NCBI GenBank assembly: GCA_963737155.1
Contig: CAVTRN010000002.1
Span: 1,984,001-2,048,000 of the forward strand
Length of the DNA stretch: 64,000 bases
Direction: 5' to 3'
DNA from: Nitrospirota bacterium
GTDB taxonomy: Bacteria; Nitrospirota; UBA9217
Below the pieces are notes generated by a model. That model saw only the letters and a program-made list of their open reading frames with translations, made no database searches and had not been told where the DNA came from. Shown piece after piece: positions 54,293-64,000 of the stretch. Numbering within the stretch: position 1 is the stretch's first letter; the number at the start of each line of letters is the position of its first letter. Both the position numbers and the translations under genes were made by a program.

Positions 54293-55848
54293 CTAATTCT
54301 TTCTCTTCTTCTCGCAATGCCCCACCAATTCGGCAGGCAACGGCCAACTGTGTCCTTGAGCGAGCAGACCCTGAGCTTCCTCCGGTCCCCAGGTGCCTGC
54401 GGCGTAATTAGGGAAATCACTGGGCGGAGCCGCCGCCCAGACTTCGAGTACTGGCATCAACAACCGCCAAGCGGCCTCCACCTGATCGGCGCGCATGAAC
54501 AAGGTAGCGTCATTCTTCATGATGTCCCAGAGCAACGTTTCATAAGCATCAGGCGATCTGGCCGGCGAAGGCGTCCTGGTAATTGAACTGCATCTCCACG
54601 GAGCGCAGGTGCATCTTTGGCCCGGGGTGTTTTGCCTGAAAGTGCAATACAATGCCTTCATCGGGCTGGATGGACATCACAAGTCGTGACGACTGCCAAT
54701 CGAGGGTGGCCTCAGACGGAAACGACTGATGCGGCACTCCGCGAAACTGGATCGTAATTTCAGAGGCCTGCCGGGTGAGCCGCTTCCCGGTGCGGAGGTA
54801 GAAGGGCACGCCCTGCCAGCGCCAGTTGTCGAGGAACATCTTGAGCGCAACAAAGGTCTCGGTCTGGGAATCAGGGGATACCCCATCTTCTTCGCGGTAA
54901 CCCGGAACTTTTTTACCTTTGATCCAACCCTGGCCGTATTGACCACGTACGACGCATTGATGGACGGCGTCTCGGTGAATCGGACGCACGGCATGGAGAA
55001 CGTCCACTTTCTTATTGCGAATCTCATCAGCCTCGAAGGAGACCATCGGTTCCATCGCAACGAGACAGAGCAGTTGCATCAGGTGATTCTGCACCATGTC
55101 GCGCAAGGGCTCCGGCGTTGTCGTAATAACCGCCTCGATGCTCTACGCCCACCTCTTCTGCCACGGTGATTGTCACGTAGTCAACGTAACGCCGGTTCCA
55201 AATCGGCTCGAACAGGGGATTGGCAAAGCGGAACGCTAGAATGTTCTGAACCGTTTCCTTACCCAAATAATGGTCGATTCGAAAGATTTGGGATTCTTCG
55301 AAATTGGCGGCAAGGATGGTATTCAGGGCGCGGGCGGATTCCAGATCATAGCCGATCGGCTTCTCGATCACAATTTGCGCCCATTCCCGGTCACGCGCTA
55401 GTCCAGCCTTGCCAAGATATTTTGGAATTTCACCGAACATACTAGGCGGTGTGGCCATGTAAAAGATACGGTGAGCTTTGACACCCCATTCCTTTTCCAG
55501 CTTCGTGCATTGTTCGTCCAGGGCCGTATAAGTTTGCAGCTTCTTGAAATCGCCCTGCCGGTAGCTGATATGCCTGGCAAAGTCGCTCCAGTCGCCGGTT
55601 TTCACTATTCTTTGGCGTGAAAACTTTTTGACTCCGTCATGGAGGCGCCGACGCAATTTATCGTCGCTCATATCAACGCGATCCACCGCGATAACCGAAA
55701 AATCAGCAGGCATACTCCGGTCCTGGGAAAGGTCAAACAATGCCGGCACGAGTTTCCGCCAGGTCAAGTCACCGGCTCCGCCAAAAATGACGAAAACTGT
55801 CGGTTCGAGTTGGTCGTTCGTCGGCATGATTTTCATTCTCTCTCCCAT
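54293..55848 (-). pseudogene. zwf: Glucose-6-phosphate dehydrogenase with two +1 frameshifts
   Basis: [46 protein letters not shown]; breaks near 55107 and 54562. Confidence 0.93.
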
Positions 55849-56130
55849 TCGGTATGAAATGTGCCCTTGGCATCGATCCGTTCATAGGTGTGGGCTCCGA
55901 AATAGTCGCGCTGGGCCTGGATGAGATAGGCTGGCAGCCAGGCGCTGCTATATATGCGTCGAGATAACCTAACGAAACCATCAACCCCGGAGCCGACACC
56001 CCTAACTTGGCCGCCTGGCACACCACCTTACGCACGTATTCCTGATGAGCCATGACCCGCTTCGACAGGTTTGGATTGAGCAACAAATTGGGCAGATTAT
56101 GCCTCGCTGGGGCGCCGTGTAGATATCTTC
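55833..56130 (-). pseudogene. gnd: C-terminal remnant of 6-phosphogluconate dehydrogenase
   Basis: LPNLLL...SLGYLDAY, then frameshift, then [23 protein letters not shown]. Confidence 0.88.
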
Positions 56131-56164
56131 CGGCCCGGCAACACAGCGCGGATGATGCATCCAC

Positions 56165-56278
56165 ATTGTGGGTCCCCACTTTTTCGAAACGCTCGTTACA
56201 GGTGGTGGTGCTCTCATCCATGGTCAGAAAGCCTTTGGCCGCGGCGACCATCTCCCCAGCTGTATCTTGTGAACTCAT
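56165..56278 (-). pseudogene. N-terminal remnant of class I fructose-bisphosphate aldolase
   Basis: DTAGEMVAAAKGFLTMDESTTTCNERFEKVG, matching the KGxLAxDES motif. Confidence 0.7.
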
Positions 56279-56363
56279 CTCTCATACCACTATAATTTTA
56301 TCAATTATTAATCGAAATTGCTCCATCCGAGTCTCAGGAATGCAGGCAAAGTATTTTCTTCTA

Positions 56364-56822
56364 TTAAGACTTTTTCTCTCTTTCCAATGCCGCAATTTTC
56401 GCAAGACGGCGCCTAAACCGTTCGTCCCCCTTGAAATCGGCATTCAGGAACGTCTGGACCAAATCCCAGGATAGAGCATACCCTGTGACCCGGCCACCCA
56501 GACACATAACGTTCATGTCATCGTCCTCTACTCCCTGATGAGCGGAGAAGGAATCCGTGATCAAGGCAGCACGTACGCCCATCACCTTGTTGGCCGCAAC
56601 GCAAGCTCCTACTCCGCTGCCGCAGATGGCCAGTCCTCGGGTAATCTCACCCCTCGCCAGCGCTCTGGCCAGGGGCACCACAAAATCCGGGTAGTCATCT
56701 CCTGGAACCATCTCGTGTGCTCCGAAGTCCGCAATCTCATGACCGGCAGCCTTGAGAGCCGCAGTTAGTTGCACTTTCAACTCAAACCCGCCATGATCAG
56801 CAGCTATACCAATGCGCATCAT
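56364..56822 (-). CDS. rpiB: Ribose-5-phosphate isomerase B
   Basis: [29 protein letters not shown]. Confidence 0.93.
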   Translation of the reverse strand: MMRIGIAADHGGFELKVQLTAALKAAGHEIADFGAHEMVPGDDYPDFVVPLARALARGEITRGLAICGSGVGACVAANKVMGVRAALITDSFSAHQGVEDDDMNVMCLGGRVTGYALSWDLVQTFLNADFKGDERFRRRLAKIAALEREKKS

Positions 56823-59224
56823 TTTTCCTCCACACTCAACCCTTTCTCTTTAGACCTTTCGTCCGTATTCCACTTCCAGTTCCGGATTTCCGGCATGTCC
56901 TGACCATGCTTGTCGATGTACTGCTTGTGCTCGATAAGCTTGTCCTGTACCATCTGTTTCAGGTAGGCCCCCTTAGCTCCCAGCTGCGGTAGCCGATCAA
57001 CCACGTCTTGCACCAGGTGGAACCGGTCCAGTTCGTTCTGCACCCTTATGTCAAAGGCCGTCGTGATCGTGCCCTCTTCCTTATAACCTCGGACGTGCAA
57101 GTTGCGATTGGTCCGGCGGTATGTCAGCCGGTGGACCAGCCAGGGGTATCCATGAAAGCCAAAGATGATGTGTTTGTCTTTCGTGAAGAGAGAGTCGTAA
57201 TCCTTGTCGCTCAGACCGTGCGGGTGCTCCGTGCTGGGCTGCAACTTCATGAGATCGACGACATTGATCACCCGAATTTTCAGATCGGGCAGTTGTTTGC
57301 GAAGGATGGAAACAGCGGCCAGAATCTCCAGCGTGGGTGTGTCTCCGCAACAGGCCATTACCACGTCCGGCTCGGCGCCTCTATCATTGCTGGCCCATTG
57401 CCAGATACCAATGCCTTCCGTGCAATGCACGACAGCTGCATCCATTGTCAGCCACTGAGGCAGCGCATGTTTTCCCGCAACCACCACGTTGACGTAATGC
57501 CGGCTTCGCAAGCAGTGATCTATGACCGACAACAGGCAGTTGGCATCGGGAGGTAGGTAAACGCGTACAATATCGGCCTTCTTGTTGGCGACGTGGTCGA
57601 GGAAGCCGGGATCCTGGTGCGTGAAGCCGTTGTGATCCTGCTGCCAGACGTGAGAGGCGAGCAGATAGTTCAGCGACGCGATCTTTCGGCGCCAGGGCAG
57701 TTCCGATGTTACCTTCAGCCACTTAGCGTGCTGGTTGAACATCGAATCAATTATATGAATAAACGCCTCGTAGCAGTTAAACAACCCGTGCCGACCGGTA
57801 AGCAGATAACCCTCCAACCAACCCTCGCATTGGTGCTCGCTGAGCATCGAGTCCAGCACACATCCGGCAGGCGCGAGGAATTCATCATTCTTTACTGCTC
57901 TGGCGTCCCACTGACGATTGGTTGCCTCAAAGACCGCACCCAGGAGATTCGAAAGAGTCTCATCGGGACCGAAGATACGGAAATTGCGCTGATCCTGATT
58001 CAGCTTGGCCACGTCACGCAGGAACTTGCCCAGCACGAACGTGTCCTGGCCGTCAACGGCGCCCGGCGAAGGCACATTCACCGCATGGACGTGGAAGTCC
58101 GGCATCCGCAGATCGCGTAACAGAATGCCGCCGTTGGTGTGCAGATTGGCGCCCATCCGCCGGTCGCCTTTAGGCGCCAGTTCGGCCAATTCCGGGAGGA
58201 GTCGGCCATCGTCATCGAACAGCTCCTCGGCCTTGTAGCTTTTCATCCAGCTTTCAAGTTGCTTGACATGATCGGGATGCTCGGAATCCACCAGGAGCGG
58301 CACCTGGTGCGCTCGGAAGGTGCCCTCGACTTGCAGGCCATCGATGACTTTCGGTCCCGTCCAACCCTTGGGTGACTTGAGGACGATCACTGGCCAGCGC
58401 GGCCGAGTGGCGTCGTTTTTGTTCCGTGCATTGCTTTGAAATTGCCGAATGTCCTCGATGGCCTTTTCCAAAGAGCTAGCCATGAGCTGATGCATCTTTT
58501 CAGGGTCATCTCCTTCAACAAAGTAGGGTGTCCACCCGCAGCCTCGTAGAAATTGATCCAATTCCTCATGCTCGATGCGGGCCAGGACGGTCGGGTTGCT
58601 GATCTTGTAGCCATTGAGGTGCAGGATCGGCAGCACGGCTCCGTCGGTAATTGGGTTGAGAAACTTGTTAGAGTGCCATGCGGTCGCCAAGGGGCCCGTT
58701 TCCGCCTCGCCGTCTCCGATGACGCATGCAACGATCAGATCGGGATTGTCGAACGCGGCCCCGAAGGCATGGCTGAGCGAATAGCCCAACTCGCCACCTT
58801 CGTGAATCGACCCCGGCGTCGAGGGCGCAACATGGCTGGAAATTCCTCCTGGAAACGAGAACTGCATGAACAGCTTTTTCAGCCCGGCTTCGTCCCGGCT
58901 AATGTTCGGATAAATCTCACTGTAGGTGCCTTCTAGGTAAGTATTGGCCACCAGAGCCGGGCCGCCGTGACCAGGACCAGCGATGTAGAACATATCCAAT
59001 TCATACTTCTTGATGATCCGGTTCAAATGCACATAGATAAAGTTCTGGCCCGGCGTCGTACCCCAGTGTCCAACCACCAGCGGTTTCACGTGAGACAGTT
59101 TCAGCGGCTGTTTCAGCAGCGGATTGTCGTAAAGATAAATCTGGCCAACCGACAGATAGTTCGCGGCCCGCCAGTAGGCGTCCATCTTGTGGAGCAGCTC
59201 CGGGGAAAGAGTTTTTTTCTCCAT
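56819..59224 (-). CDS. xfp: Xylulose-5-phosphate/fructose-6-phosphate phosphoketolase
   Basis: [39 protein letters not shown]. Confidence 0.97.
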   Translation of the reverse strand: MEKKTLSPELLHKMDAYWRAANYLSVGQIYLYDNPLLKQPLKLSHVKPLVVGHWGTTPGQNFIYVHLNRIIKKYELDMFYIAGPGHGGPALVANTYLEGTYSEIYPNISRDEAGLKKLFMQFSFPGGISSHVAPSTPGSIHEGGELGYSLSHAFGAAFDNPDLIVACVIGDGEAETGPLATAWHSNKFLNPITDGAVLPILHLNGYKISNPTVLARIEHEELDQFLRGCGWTPYFVEGDDPEKMHQLMASSLEKAIEDIRQFQSNARNKNDATRPRWPVIVLKSPKGWTGPKVIDGLQVEGTFRAHQVPLLVDSEHPDHVKQLESWMKSYKAEELFDDDGRLLPELAELAPKGDRRMGANLHTNGGILLRDLRMPDFHVHAVNVPSPGAVDGQDTFVLGKFLRDVAKLNQDQRNFRIFGPDETLSNLLGAVFEATNRQWDARAVKNDEFLAPAGCVLDSMLSEHQCEGWLEGYLLTGRHGLFNCYEAFIHIIDSMFNQHAKWLKVTSELPWRRKIASLNYLLASHVWQQDHNGFTHQDPGFLDHVANKKADIVRVYLPPDANCLLSVIDHCLRSRHYVNVVVAGKHALPQWLTMDAAVVHCTEGIGIWQWASNDRGAEPDVVMACCGDTPTLEILAAVSILRKQLPDLKIRVINVVDLMKLQPSTEHPHGLSDKDYDSLFTKDKHIIFGFHGYPWLVHRLTYRRTNRNLHVRGYKEEGTITTAFDIRVQNELDRFHLVQDVVDRLPQLGAKGAYLKQMVQDKLIEHKQYIDKHGQDMPEIRNWKWNTDERSKEKGLSVEEK

Positions 59225-59241
59225 GGTTTAATTCTCCTTTT

Positions 59242-60252
59242 TTAACGTGCCATACTTGTTTCCTTCGGCGATGAACGACTTTCGGCCTGAGCGGCGCACA
59301 GGCATGCGCCGAAGATGAAAATACACCCAGAAAGGTAAATCCATAGCAGCAATGCCATGATTCCACCAAACGCCCCATAGACCGCGTTTAACGTGGCGAA
59401 GTTCTTAAGGTAGATCACGAATAGACTTTCGGCCGCTAGCAAGAGTGCCGTGGCGCACAGGGCGGCGCCCCAGACTTCGGCAAACCTGGCAGGCAAGCGC
59501 GGAGCCAGCTTGTAAAACAGGCTCAGACTGAGAAACACCACCAGCAAAGGGATGACAAAACTCACCAGGGCATAGACCCAGGAGCGGAAATCATGCACTG
59601 GAAAGAGCCAATACTTCGCCATTTTCGCCAGCACCGTCGCCGCTGTGCCCAGGAGGAATGCACCCATCGTGATACCGAGCAGCGCAAGGCTTTTCAGCGG
59701 CAGCCGCCACCAAGTGTACACCGCGGCGCCCCAGGCGCGGTTGGTCGCGTGGATGAGGGTGGTGAAACATTGAAGGGCGGCCCAGATCAGGATGAAAAAT
59801 GCGACCGCGCTCGCCTGCTGACGCGCTTTGATAACACCGCCGATGGCGTCAAAAATGTGAAGTTGCATCTCACCACTAATCGGAACGTAGCTTTTCATGA
59901 AGGCTATGACCACTTTCCCGGACTTTTCCCGGTCAATAAAGAACGAGACAACCGTGACGAGCAGGATCATCAAAGGAAACAACGAGAAGAATGCATGGAA
60001 GGCGAATGCTCCCGCCCACTGTGCTCCGTCAACCTGCAAAAACTTTTTTATGGCAAGAAAAAGTATCGCCCATCCCCTGCGAATTTTTTGGTCAAGTTGG
60101 CTTGGCATATTCATATGGCTCAGTCTTTCTTTGCCGCACGTCCTGCGTTTCACTGTCAAGCAAGTCACGCATATAAGAAAGCCCTTTCTCGCGTTTGCTT
60201 CAAGGCGAATGCTCCTTGGCAGCCGGTTCAGCGACCCAGTATCCTTGGCCAT
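59242..60252 (-). CDS. YihY/virulence factor BrkB-family membrane protein
   Basis: AFAFHAFFSLFPL, YGAFGGIMALLLWIYLSG; true start probably near 60116. Confidence 0.9.
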   Translation of the reverse strand: MAKDTGSLNRLPRSIRLEANARKGFLICVTCLTVKRRTCGKERLSHMNMPSQLDQKIRRGWAILFLAIKKFLQVDGAQWAGAFAFHAFFSLFPLMILLVTVVSFFIDREKSGKVVIAFMKSYVPISGEMQLHIFDAIGGVIKARQQASAVAFFILIWAALQCFTTLIHATNRAWGAAVYTWWRLPLKSLALLGITMGAFLLGTAATVLAKMAKYWLFPVHDFRSWVYALVSFVIPLLVVFLSLSLFYKLAPRLPARFAEVWGAALCATALLLAAESLFVIYLKNFATLNAVYGAFGGIMALLLWIYLSGCIFIFGACLCAAQAESRSSPKETSMAR

Positions 60253-60299
60253 TATAATGTCGATGAGTGCGGTCTCATAATCCCGAATTAGCAGAGACT

Positions 60300-60430
60300 C
60301 CTCTGACCTCGACAGGAAACTTGCCCTCCTGCCACCATCTCCACGCAGTACGATAGCTGATTCCTTGTTGCTTCGCCTATACGCTTAATTAATATGAATA
60401 TAATGTCATAAATGTCCATAATAGTTGACG
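60300..60430 (-). mobile_element. IS607-family left-end remnant (TnpA N-terminus)
   Basis: LSV*AKQQGISYRTAWRWWQEGKFPV, matching the IS607 serine-recombinase N-terminal HTH. Confidence 0.65.
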
Positions 60431-60655
60431 ATTAAGGCACAGTAAGCCATCCTTTAGTGTTTTGACTTTTTTTAAAATAGGATGCTCCTTTCGTTCTTTG
60501 AGTTTCGTGTTTGTTAGCTGTCGCCGCCCGACTAACAACGTGTTCGGGAAATCGGCTTCACCGCTATATGCACGGGTATCAACACTCCTATTGCGCAGGC
60601 GAGGCGGCTTCGCTCTGAGGGGACCGCGCACCGAAAACGGATCCGGCTGAAAGAT

Positions 60656-61888
60656 TTATTTCATCGCATGGTCCGAATTACTTTTTTCACCGGCCATGCC
60701 AAGGCTGAGGACGCGGCAAACCGTCTCGGCTATCATGCGTTCTTCGTCCGTGTGAATTACGCGAACAACGACTCGACCGGTATTCGCGGAAATCACGCCA
60801 TCATTCTCCATGTTTCGCTTTTTTTCTAGTTCAATCCCCAGAAATCCCAGCCCATCGCAAATCCGGGCACGGATCGTGGACGCATTCTCTCCTATGCCAC
60901 CAGCGAACACCAACGTGTCCAGTCCTCCCAACACCGCCGCAAATGCACCGATCCATTTCTTGATCTGGTAACAAAACAGCGCGACCGCTTCAGCCGCCCG
61001 TACATCCTGCATTTCGCGCTCCAGCAAGTCGCTCATGTCGGGACTGGTTTCGGATATTCCGAGCAGCCCGGACTTGAAATTTACCATCTCATTGAATTGC
61101 TTCGCGCTCATTTTTTCGGTGCGTGCCAGATACCAAACCAGTCCGGGATCGAGATCACCGGAGCGGGTGCTCATCGGCACTCCGGCTGACGGGGTGAAAC
61201 TCATGCTTGTGTCAACCGGTTTGCCGTTACGCACCGCCGCCAGGCTCGCACCATTGCCGAGGTGAGCGAGGATGACTCGGCTTTGTGTCGTGGCCGATCC
61301 GTCCAGGCGGGCCAGTTCGTCCATGAGGAACGAGTATGATAAGCCGTGAAAGCCGTACCGCCGCACTCCCTGCGCTTCGTAGCGGCGCGGAATCGGCAAC
61401 AATCGGGCCAAGCGCGGCAGGTCATGGTGAAAAGCGGTGTCGAAACACGCCACTTGGGGCAGGTCAGGAAATCGGCGATGAAACGCCTCGGTCAACAGGA
61501 TCTCCTCCGGCAGATGCTCGGGATCAAACGGACTGAGCCGGTGCAGCTCCTCAACCATTTCCGCAGTGATGCGCTCCGGCTTGCTATACTTCGGTCCGCC
61601 ATGCACCACACGATGCCCGACCGCGGTCAATGCGTCACGCCCGCTGCGTTTCTCGATCCAGTCCATCAAAGCGCCCACCGCCACGGTGTGATCCGGCGCC
61701 GACACTAAACGCGAAAAATTGTCCGCCTGGTTCAAACCTTTCACCCGCAAGGTGGCCTCCGGCAGTCCAATCCGCTCAATCCCGCCCTCCAGAATCCGTT
61801 GGAGCGAGTCACCGGCCTCGAACAGTGCGAACTTGATGCTCGACGAACCGCCATTGACCGTCAGAATGCACGGGTTAGCTGGTTTCAT
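60656..61888 (-). CDS. ackA: Acetate kinase
   Basis: VNGGSSSIK, GHRVVHGG, FDTAFH, YGFHGLS, HLGNGAS, FAGGIGEN. Confidence 0.95.
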   Translation of the reverse strand: MKPANPCILTVNGGSSSIKFALFEAGDSLQRILEGGIERIGLPEATLRVKGLNQADNFSRLVSAPDHTVAVGALMDWIEKRSGRDALTAVGHRVVHGGPKYSKPERITAEMVEELHRLSPFDPEHLPEEILLTEAFHRRFPDLPQVACFDTAFHHDLPRLARLLPIPRRYEAQGVRRYGFHGLSYSFLMDELARLDGSATTQSRVILAHLGNGASLAAVRNGKPVDTSMSFTPSAGVPMSTRSGDLDPGLVWYLARTEKMSAKQFNEMVNFKSGLLGISETSPDMSDLLEREMQDVRAAEAVALFCYQIKKWIGAFAAVLGGLDTLVFAGGIGENASTIRARICDGLGFLGIELEKKRNMENDGVISANTGRVVVRVIHTDEERMIAETVCRVLSLGMAGEKSNSDHAMK

Positions 61889-62462
61889 GGATAACTCCTT
61901 CGTTATTCTGCAATCCGAACGAAGTCAGTTCCGCGCACGTTGACCGGTAATCCGTGTGAAGAATGCTTCGAATCCCCAAACCTTCCCCGATCTGGACGAA
62001 CATCGAAGTGTTTCCGATATAGACTATTTGCCCGGCTGGCGTCTGGGCTATGTCCAGCGCAAGCTGAAAGATATCCTCGTCGGGCTTCCGCAAGTGGACA
62101 AGGGGGGAGATAATGAAAAAATCCACGAATGCATCATGCTTGGACTTTCGAATCCGGTACATATTAAGCTCCCTTTGCTTCGTTTCTGACCACGACAAGC
62201 TTCAGCTATAACGTCTTAATCCGGCGGACCAACTCGACCATCTCGTGGTATGTTTTCGATTGGGTGAACATGAAGCGCCGAAGCTGAGCCTGCTGAACGG
62301 TTGCTTTTGGTGAAAACCACCAGACTTAATTATATTTCCAGCGTGATCTTTCCCTCCTCGTAAGCTTCGAAGGTCAGTTGATGCTGAGCCTCCATTTCGG
62401 CCAACACCATCTTGAAGTTTTTCGCCGCCCGTTTGCAGGCATGATGGTCCCGTCCGTCGGTG
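61875..62462 (-). pseudogene. HAD-family phosphatase, degraded and lacking its N-terminus
   Basis: HQLTFEAYEEGKITLE, RRFMFTQS, RKPDEDIFQLAL; stops and frameshifts. Confidence 0.75.
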
Positions 62463-62772
62463 CCGCCGCGGGATAATTGACTTTCCCCTCGCTCTTGGAG
62501 ATTGAAATCTCGATATCCTGGCGGCCAAGCAGACCCTGCTCAACCAACTGATCGGGACTCACCAGGAGTGGATTACCCTCAAAGGCAAACAGTGACTGGT
62601 AAGGCGAATCTTCTTCTCCTGTTGGTCCGATGGGAATCATTTGCCAGCAACGCTGTCCACTCTTGACCATGATTTCCGCAAAAACAGTTGCCGCAGGCCC
62701 CAGATCGCCACCGGGATAGGGGTTGGAAAGGGAGGTTGGATGGAGCAGTATCCCTGATGCTGGTTGATTCAT
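62463..62772 (-). pseudogene. malQ: 4-alpha-glucanotransferase N-terminal fragment
   Basis: SGILLHPTSL, GDLGP, WQMIPIGPTG..DSPYQS..AFEGNPLLVS; truncated after about 100 aa. Confidence 0.85.
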
Positions 62773-64000
62773 TCGGACCCGCCTTCCAAGACATATTCCT
62801 GCTTCCGGGCTAGAATTATCACGCTGGAGCGGGCTTCTACGTGATAGGTCGTTGAATTTTCCAAGAGCGTTTCTTCCCCTGTGGTAGACAAGTCTTGCGG
62901 TGCCAAGCGCGACGTGTCTACCGCGAGCCACCAGCGATACCCTGGCGGCTGCGGCGGCAAACCAAAGTCGGTATCTTCCATACCAGCGTTGAACATCAGG
63001 AAAAGTGCGAGATGCTCATCCTCATGGATGAGACAAGCAAATTGTTTTTCTTTCGGGTCGTTCCAGTTGGGCAATCCTCCTTGCGGGCCAAACCAATGGA
63101 TCTCGGTGTCCGTGTAGAATTGCTCCTTACACAGAATCGGATGGGCATGACGAAAAGCAATCATGCCGCGAGTAAAGCGGAAAATCTCCCGGTGCTGTTC
63201 CAGACGTTTCCAGTCATACCAGCTCGTTTCGTTGTCCTGGCAGTAGGCATTATTGTTGCCGCCTTGTGTTCGGCAAAATTCGTCTCCGCCGAGCAGCATC
63301 GGCACCCCGCGGGAGATTAACAGAGTCAGCAGGAAGTTCTTGATCTGGCGCCTCCTGATAGACTCGATCCCGGCATCCGTTGTCTCGCCTTCAGCGCCGT
63401 AGTTCTCGCTGAAGTTGTAGTTTGTGCCGTCATGGTTGTTTTCCCCGTTTGTTTCATTGTGCTTGTAATGATAACTCACCAGGTCGTTCAGTGTGAAGCC
63501 GTCGTGGCAGGTGACGAAATTAATGCTGCTCTCGGGTCCTTTGCCCGACTTGGCGTAGATGTCAGCACTGCCACAGATGCGGCTGGCAAACAAACTGAGC
63601 ATCCCATCATCGCCGCGCCAGAACCGTCGTACATCATCACGGTACCGACCATTCCATTCCGCCCAGCGGCATTCGGAGAAGCTCCCGACCTCATACGCTC
63701 CGGCGGCATCCCATGCCTCAGCGATGATTTTCACGTCTCTCAAGATCGGGTCCTCGGCGATCCGGACGAGAAGAGGAGCATCAGCTAGCAACTTGCCGGT
63801 GCCGTCTCGGCCGAGAACCGACGCCAGGTCAAACCGGAATCCATCCACATGCATCTCTACCAACCAATAACGGAGCGCGGTCAAGATGTGCTCTCGCACC
63901 ACGGGATGGTTAGCATTAATAGTGTTGCCGGTGCCCGTGTAGTCCCTGTAAGAACGTTTATCGTCCGCCAACATGTAAAAGATGCTGTTATCAATCCCGC
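62769..64000 (-). CDS. glgX: Glycogen debranching enzyme (5' end outside the window)
   Basis: DGFRFDLA, IAEAWD, NFVTCHDGFTLNDLVSY, QGGNNNAYCQDN. Confidence 0.95.
   Translation of the reverse strand, partial: GIDNSIFYMLADDKRSYRDYTGTGNTINANHPVVREHILTALRYWLVEMHVDGFRFDLASVLGRDGTGKLLADAPLLVRIAEDPILRDVKIIAEAWDAAGAYEVGSFSECRWAEWNGRYRDDVRRFWRGDDGMLSLFASRICGSADIYAKSGKGPESSINFVTCHDGFTLNDLVSYHYKHNETNGENNHDGTNYNFSENYGAEGETTDAGIESIRRRQIKNFLLTLLISRGVPMLLGGDEFCRTQGGNNNAYCQDNETSWYDWKRLEQHREIFRFTRGMIAFRHAHPILCKEQFYTDTEIHWFGPQGGLPNWNDPKEKQFACLIHEDEHLALFLMFNAGMEDTDFGLPPQPPGYRWWLAVDTSRLAPQDLSTTGEETLLENSTTYHVEARSSVIILARKQEYVLEGGSE

Noticed and set aside
1-64000. CRISPR array, rRNA, integrase or intact reverse transcriptase
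   Set aside because: No regularly spaced repeats, rRNA-like sequence, tyrosine-recombinase motifs or YADD motif were seen.

Overview
The window has three parts; gene content and order suggest a Nitrospirota or deltaproteobacteria-like diderm, but this is inference. (1) 1-7.6 kb is an AT-rich, IS-scarred O-antigen region: IS630, a ColD-like PLP enzyme, a glycosyltransferase, methyltransferases, wzx, and IS630/IS701-like remnants. (2) 7.7-25 kb is an intact minus-strand envelope block: GT9, DUF3108, rfaE1, rfbACDB, ugd, uxs, kdsB, pyrG, kdsA, kdsD, kdsC, lpxL, pgsA, plsY, wzi. (3) From tRNA-Leu(TAA) at 25.4 kb to the end is a decaying accessory region. It holds two direct-repeat higBA modules, each hit by a different IS. 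It holds a putative sigma54-driven module with a response regulator, RpoS-like sigma, CsbD, triple-BON protein and lmo0937-family protein. It also holds an IS3 element with a fused OrfAB, interrupted by an ORF-less group II intron beside its first catalytic Asp. Further on are a broken B12 radical SAM gene, SulP, USP, MdtABC with a frameshifted outer-membrane factor, and a glycogen/pentose-phosphate/phosphoketolase/acetate-kinase cluster eroded by deletions. All family assignments come from motif recognition by eye; no database searches were run.
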